This document shows positions 1 through 10,710 of a DNA stretch of 64,000 nt, one piece after another (the stretch's first letter is position 1; every line of letters begins with the position of its first letter). The stretch is from Bdellovibrionota bacterium. GTDB taxonomy: Bacteria; Bdellovibrionota_C; UBA2361; JBGSMV01. The notes beneath the pieces are model-generated. The model was not told the DNA's origin and did no database searches. It worked only from the letters and a program-made list of their open reading frames with translations. Made by a program: the position numbers and the translations under genes. The DNA lies in the NCBI GenBank assembly GCA_041739995.1, contig JBGSMV010000059.1, forward strand, positions 32,001 to 96,000, given 5' to 3'.

Positions 1-326
1 ACGGTAGTTACGTCGGACGAGTTCAGTAACGACCGAGGCGAAAAGATTTTCCAACTTCGTGCGAGGGGTCATCAAAGTAACCCATGTTTCTACCTTCGTG
101 CGCTTCGTGGTCTTCAAAGGTTAATAAAATTTCAGCCAATTTCTAGAGTTTGCTTGCACCACTAAGATTTAGATTCTCAGCGTCTTCCTAGTGTTCTGAG
201 GGAAGAGTTCGATGAATCATTCTTGCCGATCTCGTTTCTCTCTATGTGGGCATATCAAATGAATCACACAATGAGTTTAGCGAGAACAGCGAGAAAAATA
301 CTTAAATGAACCTCTGACTCAGCACA

Positions 327-2297
327 CTAGCTTGATAATCGCGAGCGAACCTCCTTCGCAATGACATCAACGACGCTCGGATCTGCCAGCGTTGAGACGT
401 CCCCAAGACTACCAAATTCCCCTTCTACCATTTTTCTTAAAATGCGGCGCATGATTTTGCCTGAACGTGTCTTGGGAAGTCCGGGCACAAAGTGAATTTG
501 GTCGGGGACCGCGAAGGCACCGATGTGTTTGCGTACGGAGGCTCGTACCGCATCTGCAGCTTTCGCGAGTTGGTTCTCGGAAGTGTCAGCCGAGCGTAAT
601 ATGCAAAAGGCATAAATCCCCGTGCCTTTCACATCGTGCGGAAACCCAACCACGGCAGCTTCTGCAACTACTTGAGAGTGAACAATGGAGCTCTCTATCT
701 CTGCGGTTCCGAGGCGGTGCCCAGAACAATTTAAGACATCATCCACTCGGCCAGTTATCCAATAGTAGCCGTCTTGATCGCGAATGCAGGCGTCTCCGGT
801 AAAATATTTTCCTGGAAAAGTAGTGAGGTAAGTATCTATGAACCGCTTATGGTCGCCCCACACGGTGCGCATCATCCCTGGCCACGCTTGCGTAAGACAA
901 AGTCGCCCCTTTACTCCGTTTCCCTTTAGCTCAGCCCCCGTCTCATCTACGATGACCGGGCTCACTCCAAAGTACGGTAGAGTGGCCGAGCCGGGTTTTA
1001 GATCCGTAACTCCAGGCAGTGGTGTAATCATGATGCCGCCGGTTTCAGTCTGCCACCACGTGTCCACGATCGGGCAGCGCCCTTTGCCAATCCTATTGTA
1101 GTACCAAGCCCAAGCGTCTTCGTTTATTGGTTCACCGACGGAGCCAAGTATGCGCAAGGACGAAAGGTCGTAAGAGTCGACCAAATGGTCACCCTCCTTT
1201 GCCACTGCTCTGATAGCGGTGGGTGCGGTGTAGAATATAGAAACCTTATGTCGGTCAATAACGTCCCAGTAGCGCCCGGCGTCCGGGTAGGTAGGAATCG
1301 ACTCGAACATCACCGTGGTAGCGCCATTACTGAGCGGTCCGTAGACGATATACGAGTGTCCGGTCACCCAGCCGCAGTCAGCGGCGCAGAAGTAAATGTC
1401 ATCGGGCCGAATATCAAACACATCGCGGTGTGTCATGGTGGCATGCAGAAGGTAGCCGCCTGTGGTGTGAAGCACGCCCTTGGGCTTTCCTGTTGAACCG
1501 GAGGTATAGAGGATAAAAAGCGGATCTTCCGCTTCCATCACCTCAGCTCCGCCATCGGCGGGCGAGTCGTGCATGGCTTCTGCAAGCCACAGGTCTCTAC
1601 CTGCGGTCATAGAAACCTCGGTAGGCGTGCGGCGCGCCACCATGACAGTAGTGACCGACAGGCAGTTCAAGAGAGCTTCGTCTACCGTTTGCTTAAGTGG
1701 GATAGTCTTCGCTCCTCTAAGTCCCTCATTCGCGGTTATGACGGCGACGCATTGACAGTCATTAATGCGGTCTGAAAGAGATTCGGCCGAGAAGCCAGCA
1801 AACACTACCGTGTGAATGGCCCCAATGCGTGCGCACGCCAGCATTGAAAACGCCAGCTCAGGAATCATGGGCATGTAAATGGCGACTCTATCACCACGCT
1901 TCACGCCTCTCGATTTCAATACATGCGAAATCTTGCATACAGCCTCAAGAGATTCCTGATAGGTATAGGTGCGGGTTTCGCCCGGCTCGTTTCCTTCCCA
2001 AATAATCGCTGGTTTGTCGCCCTGCAGCGGGATGTGTCGGTCCAGGCAATTCACTGAAACATTGAGTCTGCCGCCCTCGAACCAACGAATATGTCCGGTG
2101 GTAAGACTGCAGTTTCGCACCGATTTCCAAGGAGTTTCCCACTCTAGAAGGTCTGCCGCCTTCTCGGCCCAGAATTGCTCTGGCTGCTCAATCGATCTGC
2201 GGTACTCACGCTGGTAGGTACCTGCATCAATGAGCGCACCGATTTTTGCTCTCTCGATTACCGGAATCTTCGCAACGCCAGACATCATATCGCTCAT
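327..2297 (-). CDS. acs: Acetyl-CoA synthetase (acetate--CoA ligase)
   Basis: Motifs YTSGSTGKPKG, DTWWQTETGG and PKTRSGKIMRR. Start moved to ATG 2297, which follows a GGAG RBS (the ORF track gives GTG 2309). Confidence 0.96.
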   Translation of the reverse strand: MSDMMSGVAKIPVIERAKIGALIDAGTYQREYRRSIEQPEQFWAEKAADLLEWETPWKSVRNCSLTTGHIRWFEGGRLNVSVNCLDRHIPLQGDKPAIIWEGNEPGETRTYTYQESLEAVCKISHVLKSRGVKRGDRVAIYMPMIPELAFSMLACARIGAIHTVVFAGFSAESLSDRINDCQCVAVITANEGLRGAKTIPLKQTVDEALLNCLSVTTVMVARRTPTEVSMTAGRDLWLAEAMHDSPADGGAEVMEAEDPLFILYTSGSTGKPKGVLHTTGGYLLHATMTHRDVFDIRPDDIYFCAADCGWVTGHSYIVYGPLSNGATTVMFESIPTYPDAGRYWDVIDRHKVSIFYTAPTAIRAVAKEGDHLVDSYDLSSLRILGSVGEPINEDAWAWYYNRIGKGRCPIVDTWWQTETGGIMITPLPGVTDLKPGSATLPYFGVSPVIVDETGAELKGNGVKGRLCLTQAWPGMMRTVWGDHKRFIDTYLTTFPGKYFTGDACIRDQDGYYWITGRVDDVLNCSGHRLGTAEIESSIVHSQVVAEAAVVGFPHDVKGTGIYAFCILRSADTSENQLAKAADAVRASVRKHIGAFAVPDQIHFVPGLPKTRSGKIMRRILRKMVEGEFGSLGDVSTLADPSVVDVIAKEVRSRLSS

Positions 2298-2523
2298 CGG
2301 GAACTCCACTAGAACAATGCTTCAAAGGCGCTTATGTAAGATCAAAGAAGCAAGAATATGCTCGAACTGAGCTCATCATGCACCATCTTCACTTAGGACA
2401 GCAGGTATATTCAACCGCAGTTTAGCGGGAGCCGTCTAGTCGAGGGAATGAGAGCTGCACGGTGCTTCTGCCGTGAGTTTATATGAGCATTTCTACTGTG
2501 GGCCACGTTAGACTAGTCTTTCA

Positions 2524-3038
2524 ATGCGCGCAGTGGAGCAGGTAAACACGGGGCGAAAGATAGAAATTTCAGCAAGTGCCCATTTGGGAAACTTTGTGCT
2601 TGGCGCCGTCGACGGCACAGTAGCTACTTTCGCCATAGTTGCGGGAGCGCATATCGATCAGGGGGTTCGAGTGGCTCTCATTCTTGGAGTCGCAAACTAT
2701 TGGCCGACGGTTTCAGTATGGGCTCCAGCAATTTTCTTAAGTCCAAGTCCAATGAGGCTATGAACGGTGGAGCAGTCTTGCTAAGCGCACCGGCCGGGTC
2801 TGTCAGCGTCGAGGCGTGGCATGCGGCGATCGGTACCTTTATCGCTTTTATCGCGGTGGGCATGCTTCCTCTCCTACCTTTTGCCATTTCCGTTATGTGG
2901 GGAGGCGAAGGTTACGGGAATATGGAGGCGCTCCACACGCTGTCCTTGATTAGCGCAGCAATTACCTTCGCCTGCTTCGTCGGCACAGGGGCGCCTGCAT
3001 ACCTCTTTGGGCATGCTCATTCGGCGCTCGTTCAGTAG
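2524..3038 (+). pseudogene. Frameshifted VIT1/CCC1-family Fe/Mn transporter
   Basis: ORF 2524-2763 reads LGNFVLGAVDGTVATFAIVAG...LILGVAN. ORF 2700-3038 continues LADGFSMGSSNFL...TFIAFIAVGMLPLLPF in another frame. Adding one base near 2697 restores GVANLLADGFSM. Confidence 0.75.
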
Positions 3039-3064
3039 TGACCAGCGACTCGGGAGCGCGAAAT

Positions 3065-5686
3065 CTATGCGGCTTCGGCTTCCGTCCGAGCACTGGCCTG
3101 AACCGAAAGCTCGCCATCCTTTAACTCAATGGTCACCAGAGAGTGATCTGCGAGTTCTCCCGAAATTATCTGTCTTCCAATTTTAGTCTCGAGCTCACGC
3201 TGTATGAAGCGCTTGAGCGGTCTGGCGCCATATACCGGGTCGTAACCTGATGTCGCGATAAACTCCTTGGCCTTCAGTGTAATCTCTAGAGCGATGTGCC
3301 TGTCCTTAAGACGTTGGCGAACTTCGTCCAAGAGTAGCTCAACAATCGAAGAAATCTCCGAAATACTCAGTGGCTTAAACAGCACGATATCATCAACGCG
3401 ATTTAAGAATTCGGGTCTAAAGTGCTGGCGCAACTCGCCCATTACCTTATTTCTCGCGCTCTCTGATATTTGCCCTTGAGCATCAATTCCCTCGAGCAAA
3501 TGCGGCGATCCTATATTTGAGGTCAATATGATGACCGTATTTTTGAAATCTACTGTTCTTCCCTGGGAATCAGTGACACGTCCATCATCGAGAATCTGCA
3601 AAAGAACGTTAAAAACGTCATGATGAGCTTTCTCAATCTCATCGAAAAGCACTACTGAGTAGGGCTTTCTACGAATTTCTTCGGTCAGCTGTCCGCCCTC
3701 TTCGTAGCCTACATATCCAGGAGGCGCTCCAATCAAGCGTGACACGGCATGGCGCTCCATGTATTCGCTCATGTCAATGCGTACAAGGTTGTCCTCTGAG
3801 TCGAACAAGGTAGCTGCCAAGGTGCGGGCAAGTTCGGTTTTCCCTACCCCGGTTGGCCCAAGAAACAAAAACGACCCTATCGGGCGTTTGGGGTCCTTAA
3901 TCCCCGCGCGCGCTCTGATTACTGCGTCCGCTACTAGCTGCACTGCTTCATCTTGGCCAATCACGCGCTGATGAAGTACTTCATCGAGCTTCAGTAGCTT
4001 CTCTCGCTCTCCTTCGACTAATCGCGCTACTGGAATTCCGGTCCAACGAGAAACAATCTCTCCGATCTCCTCTTCGGTAACTTGCTCACGCAACATGCGG
4101 TCCGCGCCCGCCACTTTGCCTTCGAGGTCACGCAATTCGGTCTGAAGGGTCGGAAGTGCGCCGTGTCTCAGTTCCGCTGCGCGGTTAAGGTCGTAATCTC
4201 TCTCGGCTTTAGCCATGGCGAGCTTCGTTTGTTCTATGCGCTCGCGGATCGCTTGCACTTTGTGAATGGACTGCTTCTCGGCGTCCCAACGTGCACGCAT
4301 GGTCTGGGAGTTGTTCTTCAGACCTACAAGCTCCTTGCGAAGCTCTTCGAGGCGCTTGAAACTCCCCTCGTCGTCTTCTTTCTTAAGCGCTGCTTCTTCA
4401 ATCTCTAATTGCATTACCCGTCTGGTAACTTCATCAAGTTCGGTTGGCATGGAATCAATTTCAGTGCGAACAGTCGCACAGGCTTCGTCCATCAGGTCGA
4501 TGGCCTTATCAGGAAGAAATCGGTCAGAAATATAGCGATGCGAAAGATTTGCTGCCGCCACAAGCGCACCGTCCAGAATCCGCACTCCGTGATGCACCTC
4601 AAAGCGTTCTTTAATTCCTCTTAGAATCGAGATGGTATCTTCGACGTCTGGTTGTTCGACTAGTACCGTCTGGAATCGCCGCTCAAGAGCGGCGTCCTTC
4701 TCAATATGTTTTCGATACTCATCTAAGGTAGTGGCACCAATGCAATGCAGCTCTCCACGGGCAAGCATGGGTTTGAGCATATTGCCGGCGTCCATCGAGC
4801 CCTCGGCCTTTCCGGCACCCACAATAGTATGCAGCTCATCAATGAACAGAATAATGCGTCCATCTGCATTTTTGATTTCTTGCAGCACTGCCTTAAGACG
4901 CTCTTCAAACTCTCCTCTGTATTTTGCCCCGGCGACAAGCGAGCCCATATCAAGTGCAAAGATGGTTTTGTTCTTGAGCCCCTCTGGAACGTCTCCGCGG
5001 ACGATACGTTGCGCGAGACCTTCAACAATGGCGGTCTTGCCTACGCCTGGTTCGCCGATAAGAACTGGGTTGTTCTTGGTCTTTCGAGACAAGATGCGTA
5101 TGACACGACGAATCTCGCCGTCACGACCAATCACCGGATCAATTTTTCCGAGCTTGGCCTGTTCAACAAGGTCACGACCGTAGCGCTCAAGCGCTTCATA
5201 AGTAGCTTCCGGATTAGCGCTTTGTACGCGTTGGTTGCCTCGAACGGCAGTAAGCCCTTTCAGGAATTTGTCTCGACTGAGTTTATGACCAGTAAAGAGC
5301 TTTCCAAGCGGCGAGGTTACTGGCTCTTCCAGCATGGCCAGTACTAGATGCTCGACTGAAACGTACTCGTCTTTGAGGCGCTTTGCTTCCTCATCAGCCT
5401 TCACCAGCATGCGGTTGAGTCGCTGGCTGAGATATATCTTTCCGGCTTCAGATCCGGGGCCAGAGACGCTGGGGCGTTGTTCGAGCAAACGTTGGACGTC
5501 GGCACCTAAGGCAGCACCATCAACATCAAGCTTTTCAAGCATGCGGCCAATGAGGCCGTCGGATTGTTCGCAAAGGGCAAGCAGCACGTGCTCTGCGTCA
5601 ACTTCCTGGTGCCCAAAACGGACAGCGAGTTGTTGACCGCTGCTAATCGCCTCTTGGGACTTCTGAGTAAGCTTATTTATATCCAT
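3065..5686 (-). CDS. clpB: ATP-dependent chaperone ClpB
   Basis: Two AAA modules ([16 protein letters not shown]), [12 protein letters not shown], coiled-coil middle domain, 873 aa. Confidence 0.97.
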   Translation of the reverse strand: MDINKLTQKSQEAISSGQQLAVRFGHQEVDAEHVLLALCEQSDGLIGRMLEKLDVDGAALGADVQRLLEQRPSVSGPGSEAGKIYLSQRLNRMLVKADEEAKRLKDEYVSVEHLVLAMLEEPVTSPLGKLFTGHKLSRDKFLKGLTAVRGNQRVQSANPEATYEALERYGRDLVEQAKLGKIDPVIGRDGEIRRVIRILSRKTKNNPVLIGEPGVGKTAIVEGLAQRIVRGDVPEGLKNKTIFALDMGSLVAGAKYRGEFEERLKAVLQEIKNADGRIILFIDELHTIVGAGKAEGSMDAGNMLKPMLARGELHCIGATTLDEYRKHIEKDAALERRFQTVLVEQPDVEDTISILRGIKERFEVHHGVRILDGALVAAANLSHRYISDRFLPDKAIDLMDEACATVRTEIDSMPTELDEVTRRVMQLEIEEAALKKEDDEGSFKRLEELRKELVGLKNNSQTMRARWDAEKQSIHKVQAIRERIEQTKLAMAKAERDYDLNRAAELRHGALPTLQTELRDLEGKVAGADRMLREQVTEEEIGEIVSRWTGIPVARLVEGEREKLLKLDEVLHQRVIGQDEAVQLVADAVIRARAGIKDPKRPIGSFLFLGPTGVGKTELARTLAATLFDSEDNLVRIDMSEYMERHAVSRLIGAPPGYVGYEEGGQLTEEIRRKPYSVVLFDEIEKAHHDVFNVLLQILDDGRVTDSQGRTVDFKNTVIILTSNIGSPHLLEGIDAQGQISESARNKVMGELRQHFRPEFLNRVDDIVLFKPLSISEISSIVELLLDEVRQRLKDRHIALEITLKAKEFIATSGYDPVYGARPLKRFIQRELETKIGRQIISGELADHSLVTIELKDGELSVQASARTEAEAA

Positions 5687-5699
5687 GCATATCAGTTAA

Positions 5700-6737
5700 T
5701 CACTGAGCACGAGGATTAAAAGGGGAAATTTCTGACAGTTTTACGTAAAGTTCTCGCTCCGGGGCGCTGACCTCAGCTGGAGTGACAATCAGGACCTGTG
5801 CATAGGCGTCGCCACGCTCCGTGTCGCTCTTTGGAAGCCCTCGGCCACGTAATCGAAGACGTTGACCGGTTCTTGCTCCCGCTGGAACTTGAAGCTTAAC
5901 GGCCCCGTCAGGCAACTCCAGCTCTACTTCACCACCGAGCACAGCCTCCCAAGGGGAAACCTTTAGGGTAGCGATAAGATCGAAGTCTTTTAGCTTCAAT
6001 TCAGGTGTGTCTCTAAGCTGGATGCGAATCAAAACATCCGTGCCGCTGGGGCCTTGGCCCTTTAACCGAATGACAGAGCCATTCTTGGTACCGGGACGGA
6101 GCTTTACTTCGTACTGCTTTTTCTCTCGCTGCTGTGAGCCATCAGGCTGAGTAGTGACTAGTTCAAGTGAAATCGATTTTGATTGACGTCGCAGCAGGTC
6201 GAGAATGCTTACTTCGAGAGGAAGCGGATCTTGCGCGGGGGCCTTAGGTGCTCTTGATTGGCGAGTCCTTCCCGCATGCTGGGCGCCGGCACCAAAGGGA
6301 GACCCCGCACCAAATGGGCCAGCAGCTTGGGCTCTGGACTGCGCAGATTGTCGTCCCCTGCTGGACTGACTGCCGAATTCACTTCCAAACACGGCACCGA
6401 AGAAATCGCTAAAATCAAACCCCGAATCTCCTCCCGAGGAGAATTCGAAGCCTCCGCCGCCTTGGTTTTTGAACTGACTAAAATCGAAGCCTGGAGGTGG
6501 TTTGAATTCCTGACCTGACTGCCAGTTCGCGCCCAGGGCATCATAGCGCTTGCGCTTCTCAGGGTCGCCAATGACCTCGTTCGCTTCATTCACCAGTTTG
6601 AACCTATCTTCAGCCCCCGCTTCCTTATTCACGTCAGGGTGGTACTTGCGCGCAAGTTTCCGGAACGCACGCTGAATATCGTCCTGTGAGGCCGTTCGAG
6701 ATACTCCTAGTGCTTCGTAGTAGTCTTGGTACTTCAT
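5700..6737 (-). CDS. cbpA: DnaJ class II chaperone (CbpA-like)
   Basis: J domain with HPD, G/F-rich linker, no zinc fingers, C-terminal PWEAVLG motif, directly upstream of clpB. Confidence 0.88.
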   Translation of the reverse strand: MKYQDYYEALGVSRTASQDDIQRAFRKLARKYHPDVNKEAGAEDRFKLVNEANEVIGDPEKRKRYDALGANWQSGQEFKPPPGFDFSQFKNQGGGGFEFSSGGDSGFDFSDFFGAVFGSEFGSQSSRGRQSAQSRAQAAGPFGAGSPFGAGAQHAGRTRQSRAPKAPAQDPLPLEVSILDLLRRQSKSISLELVTTQPDGSQQREKKQYEVKLRPGTKNGSVIRLKGQGPSGTDVLIRIQLRDTPELKLKDFDLIATLKVSPWEAVLGGEVELELPDGAVKLQVPAGARTGQRLRLRGRGLPKSDTERGDAYAQVLIVTPAEVSAPERELYVKLSEISPFNPRAQ

Positions 6738-6967
6738 AGTTCAGTGGCAAATTTGCCTAATCATTAAGTAACCACTGGCGGGGCATTTATAAAGGGGTTT
6801 AGACCATTGGCAGGTTTCTACTACTCCTCAAAATCATGCGAGATTACTTACTGTTAGCTCGATAGCGAAGCATCCTAGTCGTTCAGGTGCTGACTGGGAA
6901 GCGTTGGGATCATATGAAGGGCTGGGTACCTAAGAAAAACGAAAAAAAGAAACATTAACGCGCAACC

Positions 6968-7219
6968 GTGATAGTTCCGCTACGGTTCGTCTCCCTTTGG
7001 GAAGTCACCAGTCTTGCGCCAACCCAGTGGTTTCTATCGAGGAGTCCGCCCTATCCCGAGATGTATAGTGATGCCGTTGTCGGCGATAGCGGTAACCGCC
7101 TGTTCACTTTGGTTAACGGCGAGCTAGTGCTCATGATGACGTTCTTCTCCAATGGCGGTGGCCCGCTATACACTTCAAAAACTCGGACGGCCTTCTCACG
7201 GAAGCGATCGATAATCTAG
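6968..7219 (+). pseudogene. Possible C-terminal remnant of a trypsin-like serine protease
   Basis: 83-aa ORF containing VVGDSGNRLFTLVNGELVL, resembling the GDSG nucleophile region. No upstream catalytic half visible. Confidence 0.3.
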
Positions 7220-7494
7220 GCTGGCGCTAGGCTCTCGTTGCCTTCGTTCAAGGCTAGAAATCGTCGTCTTCTCCACGACCACAGCGGTCAAAGCGCGCCC
7301 CCCCCCAGCCCTAGGGCCCGGAGATTCGTCTCACACAGGCAGGCGATTAGACGGGGTGTGTGACTTAATGCCGCCAGCGAAACCGACCCAAACCTCGACA
7401 GGCGGTACTTGGCATAAAGCGACTCGGGGCATCCGTGACACCCTCGAATGGAGCAACAGCGCCCAGGATAGAGCGAAAATAATCGATTCCTCCC

Positions 7495-8295
7495 ATGGCA
7501 AACCTCATCTATTTTAAGCATATGGGCATCGTAGTGCTTCTCATCATTGCCGTCGGTGTGGCGTTCATGGTTCTCGAACGAATCTTCCCCGACCAAGAGC
7601 TCGCGGAAGTGCCTGGGTGGTGGCTGCGGGTGATCTTCCTGAATGTACTTCAACTTGGGGTGGTATTTCTCGGCGGCGTTAGTTGGGAACACTGGTTCGT
7701 CGGATACTCCGCACTCTCGCTCAATGAGCTCTCAATCCTCGTGCAGATACCGATCGCGTACCTGCTGATCACTTTCGTCTTTTATTTTTGGCATAGAGCC
7801 CGGCACGATATCAACGTCCTCTGGCTTAGCTGTCATCAGTTGCACCACAGCCCTAGCCGGATAGAGACGATCACCTCTTTTTACAAACATCCGGTTGAAT
7901 TAATCGCGAACGGAATCATTATCTCCTTTCTTAACTTCGCAGTCTTGGGAATTACCGTTGAGGCGGGAGTTTGGACAACTTTTGTAACTGCGGTCGCTGA
8001 GTTTTTCTATCATATGAATATTCGCACGCCGCACTGGGTCGGATATTTTTTGCAGCGACCAGAGATGCATCGCATCCATCATGAACGTGACAAACACTAC
8101 TACAATTTTGCCGATCTTCCGGTGTGGGACATGATATTCGGCACCTATCGGAATCCACCGCACTTTGCAGGACCATGTGGGTTCAAGCCAGGGCGAGAAG
8201 AGTCGTTTTGGAGGATGCTTTCGTTTCTAAATGTGAATAACCCCTTTTCCGGAAAAAGCGGAATGAGAACCGGGAAAAAGCGGAGCGAGAAGTAG
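7495..8295 (+). CDS. Sterol desaturase / fatty acid hydroxylase superfamily membrane protein
   Basis: His boxes HRARH, HQLHH, YHMN and HRIHH, several TM helices, NFADLPVWDMIFGT motif. Start may be ATG 7522. Confidence 0.9.
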   Translation: MANLIYFKHMGIVVLLIIAVGVAFMVLERIFPDQELAEVPGWWLRVIFLNVLQLGVVFLGGVSWEHWFVGYSALSLNELSILVQIPIAYLLITFVFYFWHRARHDINVLWLSCHQLHHSPSRIETITSFYKHPVELIANGIIISFLNFAVLGITVEAGVWTTFVTAVAEFFYHMNIRTPHWVGYFLQRPEMHRIHHERDKHYYNFADLPVWDMIFGTYRNPPHFAGPCGFKPGREESFWRMLSFLNVNNPFSGKSGMRTGKKRSEK

Positions 8296-8296
8296 A

Positions 8297-8827
8297 ATGT
8301 CCGCCTTCAGAAATCAATTTCTGGTGATTCTAGTGCTCGCTATCGGGAGTCTCCAGCTCGTTGGATATTTAACGGGGGTCGAATCCGTCCGGAAAATCGG
8401 GCAGCTCACTGCCGCGTCTCCTCTACCTTTAGTATTCTCGCACTTTAGAGAGTTGGAAACGTTCTCGCCCAAATTCTCTGTCCTCTTAGGAACTGATGGT
8501 ACTAGAGAAGCGTCGGAAGTTATTTCGATTACTCCGCAAAATTACAGCTTGCTTGCCGGTCCATATAATCGAAGAAACGTCTACGGTGTGGCATTCGCCT
8601 ACGGGGCCGTGCTGCAACAAGAGCAAGAACGAGCGCTTGTTCAAAGTGTGCTGTGCTATGGATTTAGAGACGGCGGACCCGTGCGTCGAATTATTGAACA
8701 AGCCAATATAGAGCGCGCTGGTAAGAAGACCTCCCCGTTCGCACCAGGGACACCGTTGGGCATTCGGATTGACCCAAAGAACAAGCCTACTCAGATGGTT
8801 GAACTTTGGCCGGAGTGCTTGCCATGA
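8297..8827 (+). CDS. Hypothetical protein with N-terminal hydrophobic helix
   Basis: 176 aa, begins 1 nt after the desaturase stop, overlaps the next gene by ATGA. Motif-like segments AASPLPLVFS and GPYNRRNVYG. Confidence 0.75.
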   Translation: MSAFRNQFLVILVLAIGSLQLVGYLTGVESVRKIGQLTAASPLPLVFSHFRELETFSPKFSVLLGTDGTREASEVISITPQNYSLLAGPYNRRNVYGVAFAYGAVLQQEQERALVQSVLCYGFRDGGPVRRIIEQANIERAGKKTSPFAPGTPLGIRIDPKNKPTQMVELWPECLP

Positions 8828-10041
8828 GCGAATTGCACTTAAAGACATTTCGAATCGTGCTCGGCATATATTTGTTGGTTCATTTCTTGATGTTGACTCC
8901 CTATGCAGGGGAGCTGTTCTCGGATTCGGGAATTTTTGCCGATCCTAGCTTGCTCCCTTCTTACGGATTCTTCCCCAATCCGCTATTTAGTTTTGGAACC
9001 GAGCTTTTCGCGCAGCTATTTCTGGTTGGTTTGGCACTGCTGAGTGCGCTGCTCGTTGCTGGTATGCGAACTCGGGTTGTTGCTTTGGCGCTCTGGTTCG
9101 GGTGGGCGGCGCTTTTGTCTCGCGCCCCATTTATAGCGAATCCAAGCATCCCATTTGTCGGATTACTTTTACTCGGACTTGCAGCGCTTCCAAGCGATTG
9201 GTCCAGCACGCAAGCCCGGAGTGCCTCAATGTTGTTGTGGCGGGGCGTCTGGGTTCTTCTTGCGGTTTCCTACTCAGTAAGTGGAGTTCATAAGCTAGGG
9301 AGCCCGAGTTGGGTCGATGGAAGTGCGCTGGCTGAACTCACTCAGAATCCATTGGCGCGGGATTATTTTATTACCAGCTTTCTCGCTTCTTCACCACTTT
9401 GGATGACCGGTCTTATGACGTGGGGATCCTTGGCGCTTGAAATTCTGTTTGCGCCACTTGCGCTCTTTTCTCGGATTAGGCCCTGGGTTTGGCTCGCGAT
9501 GGTGGGGATGCATTTGGGAATTCTCGCGGTGGTTAGCTTTGCTGACCTCACGGCAGGAATGCTTTTGGTGCATCTATTTGTCTTTGATGGGCGCTGGATT
9601 TCAGCAGGAAGCGATAAGGCACACGGCAAAGCAAAGGGATTAGCAGAGATCGTCTTTTTCGACGGGTCTTGTGTCATGTGTAATAGATTCGCGAGAACGC
9701 TGATCTCTGTTGACCATACCGGTCTCCTAAAATTCGCCGCCCTTGATAGTGCCACTTTCAATGCCGCCCTACCGCCGGAGAAGCGTGCGCAACTTCCTGA
9801 CTCAATTCTCGTGAAATCAACTGACGGCTCTATGCTCGAGCGCAGTGACGCTATCATCGCCATCGGTACAACACTGGGGGGCGGACTCGGGCTAGGCGCC
9901 ATGTTGTTGCGCTTGATACCACGCAGAGTTCGAGATTCTGGATACGATCTAGTGGCTAAGTTGCGCTATCGAATGTTTGGGCGCACTGCAGAGAGCTGTG
10001 CTCTTATTCCAAAGGAGTGTCGCTCGCGTATTCTGCCCTGA
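8824..10041 (+). CDS. HTTM-like membrane protein fused to DCC1-like (DUF393) thiol-disulfide oxidoreductase domain
   Basis: N-terminal FRIVLG, YSVSGVHKLGSPSWVDG and GMHLGI motifs. C-terminal FFDGSCVMCNRF...RDSGYDLVAKLRYRMFG. ATG 8824 overlaps the upstream TGA. Confidence 0.82.
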   Translation: MSELHLKTFRIVLGIYLLVHFLMLTPYAGELFSDSGIFADPSLLPSYGFFPNPLFSFGTELFAQLFLVGLALLSALLVAGMRTRVVALALWFGWAALLSRAPFIANPSIPFVGLLLLGLAALPSDWSSTQARSASMLLWRGVWVLLAVSYSVSGVHKLGSPSWVDGSALAELTQNPLARDYFITSFLASSPLWMTGLMTWGSLALEILFAPLALFSRIRPWVWLAMVGMHLGILAVVSFADLTAGMLLVHLFVFDGRWISAGSDKAHGKAKGLAEIVFFDGSCVMCNRFARTLISVDHTGLLKFAALDSATFNAALPPEKRAQLPDSILVKSTDGSMLERSDAIIAIGTTLGGGLGLGAMLLRLIPRRVRDSGYDLVAKLRYRMFGRTAESCALIPKECRSRILP

Positions 10042-10401
10042 GGCATTCTTGCCGCACCCCGCTAGGCCACAGCGTCCTTTTGGGAGGGTCCTTTTGGGTG
10101 GGCATCCACCAAGAGCAACGCATGGTCTCTGCGGCTGCGTTTAGCGCGCATCATCTCTGGCTCCTGCAGCACTTTCGTAGCCTCTTACCCCATGCCCTCG
10201 GCCAAATTCGTAGACCCTCCCAGTTTTACGCACTAGCCGCTGATGCTTATACCACCCTCATCCGTGCTTAAAATATTGAATTATGATTGTGAACGAGGGG
10301 CTCACCAGTGTCTCACTGGAGCAGCGGCTGCCCCACTTCAGACTAGTACCTAGAATGTTCTACGTCGAAGTAGGTTCTCGCTCGAAACGGAGTTATATTT
10401 T

Positions 10402-10710
10402 ATGAAATTTAAGGTTGCGATTCTCACCCTGGTTTTAGCCTCTTTACCAACTCTTTCTCACGCAATTTCTAAAGGTGATGGGGACATATATCTTGGATGC
10501 GGTGGTCGAGACCTACTGGAGTTTTATAGCTGTTTTTGTTCCGAAATGACTGACCGTGCGGAAATAGTTTGCCAAATTTCACCGCCCCCTCCACCAGGCT
10601 CTATCTTGCCTAACCTATGTCGCGCCGCCAGAGAACAGGCGGAAGGCGTATGTTGGTTGTTCGGAATAGAGAAACCTAAAACAGATGTCCCAGATAAGAC
10701 GAACAAGTAA
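10402..10710 (+). CDS. Small secreted Cys-rich hypothetical protein
   Basis: GGAG RBS, signal peptide MKFKVAILTLVLASLPTLSHA, six Cys in the mature part, poly-Pro run. Confidence 0.7.
   Translation: MKFKVAILTLVLASLPTLSHAISKGDGDIYLGCGGRDLLEFYSCFCSEMTDRAEIVCQISPPPPPGSILPNLCRAAREQAEGVCWLFGIEKPKTDVPDKTNK

Noticed and set aside
1..72. Possible start of a minus-strand CDS (MTPRTKLENLFASVVTELVRRNYR...) running off the window
   Set aside because: Only 24 codons are visible, which cannot support a call.
3267..5636. Long antisense ORFs within clpB (similar ones in acs, rpoD, carB, ispH)
   Set aside because: Shadow ORFs opposite well-conserved genes, with no protein motifs.
6738..6800. CIRCE/HAIR heat-shock operator upstream of cbpA-clpB
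   Set aside because: Only a 12-bp palindrome GGCAAATTTGCC, which matches neither consensus.
10210..10245. GACCCTCCCAGTTTTACGCACT as an IS terminal repeat
   Set aside because: Vague resemblance only, with no partner end or transposase fragment found.
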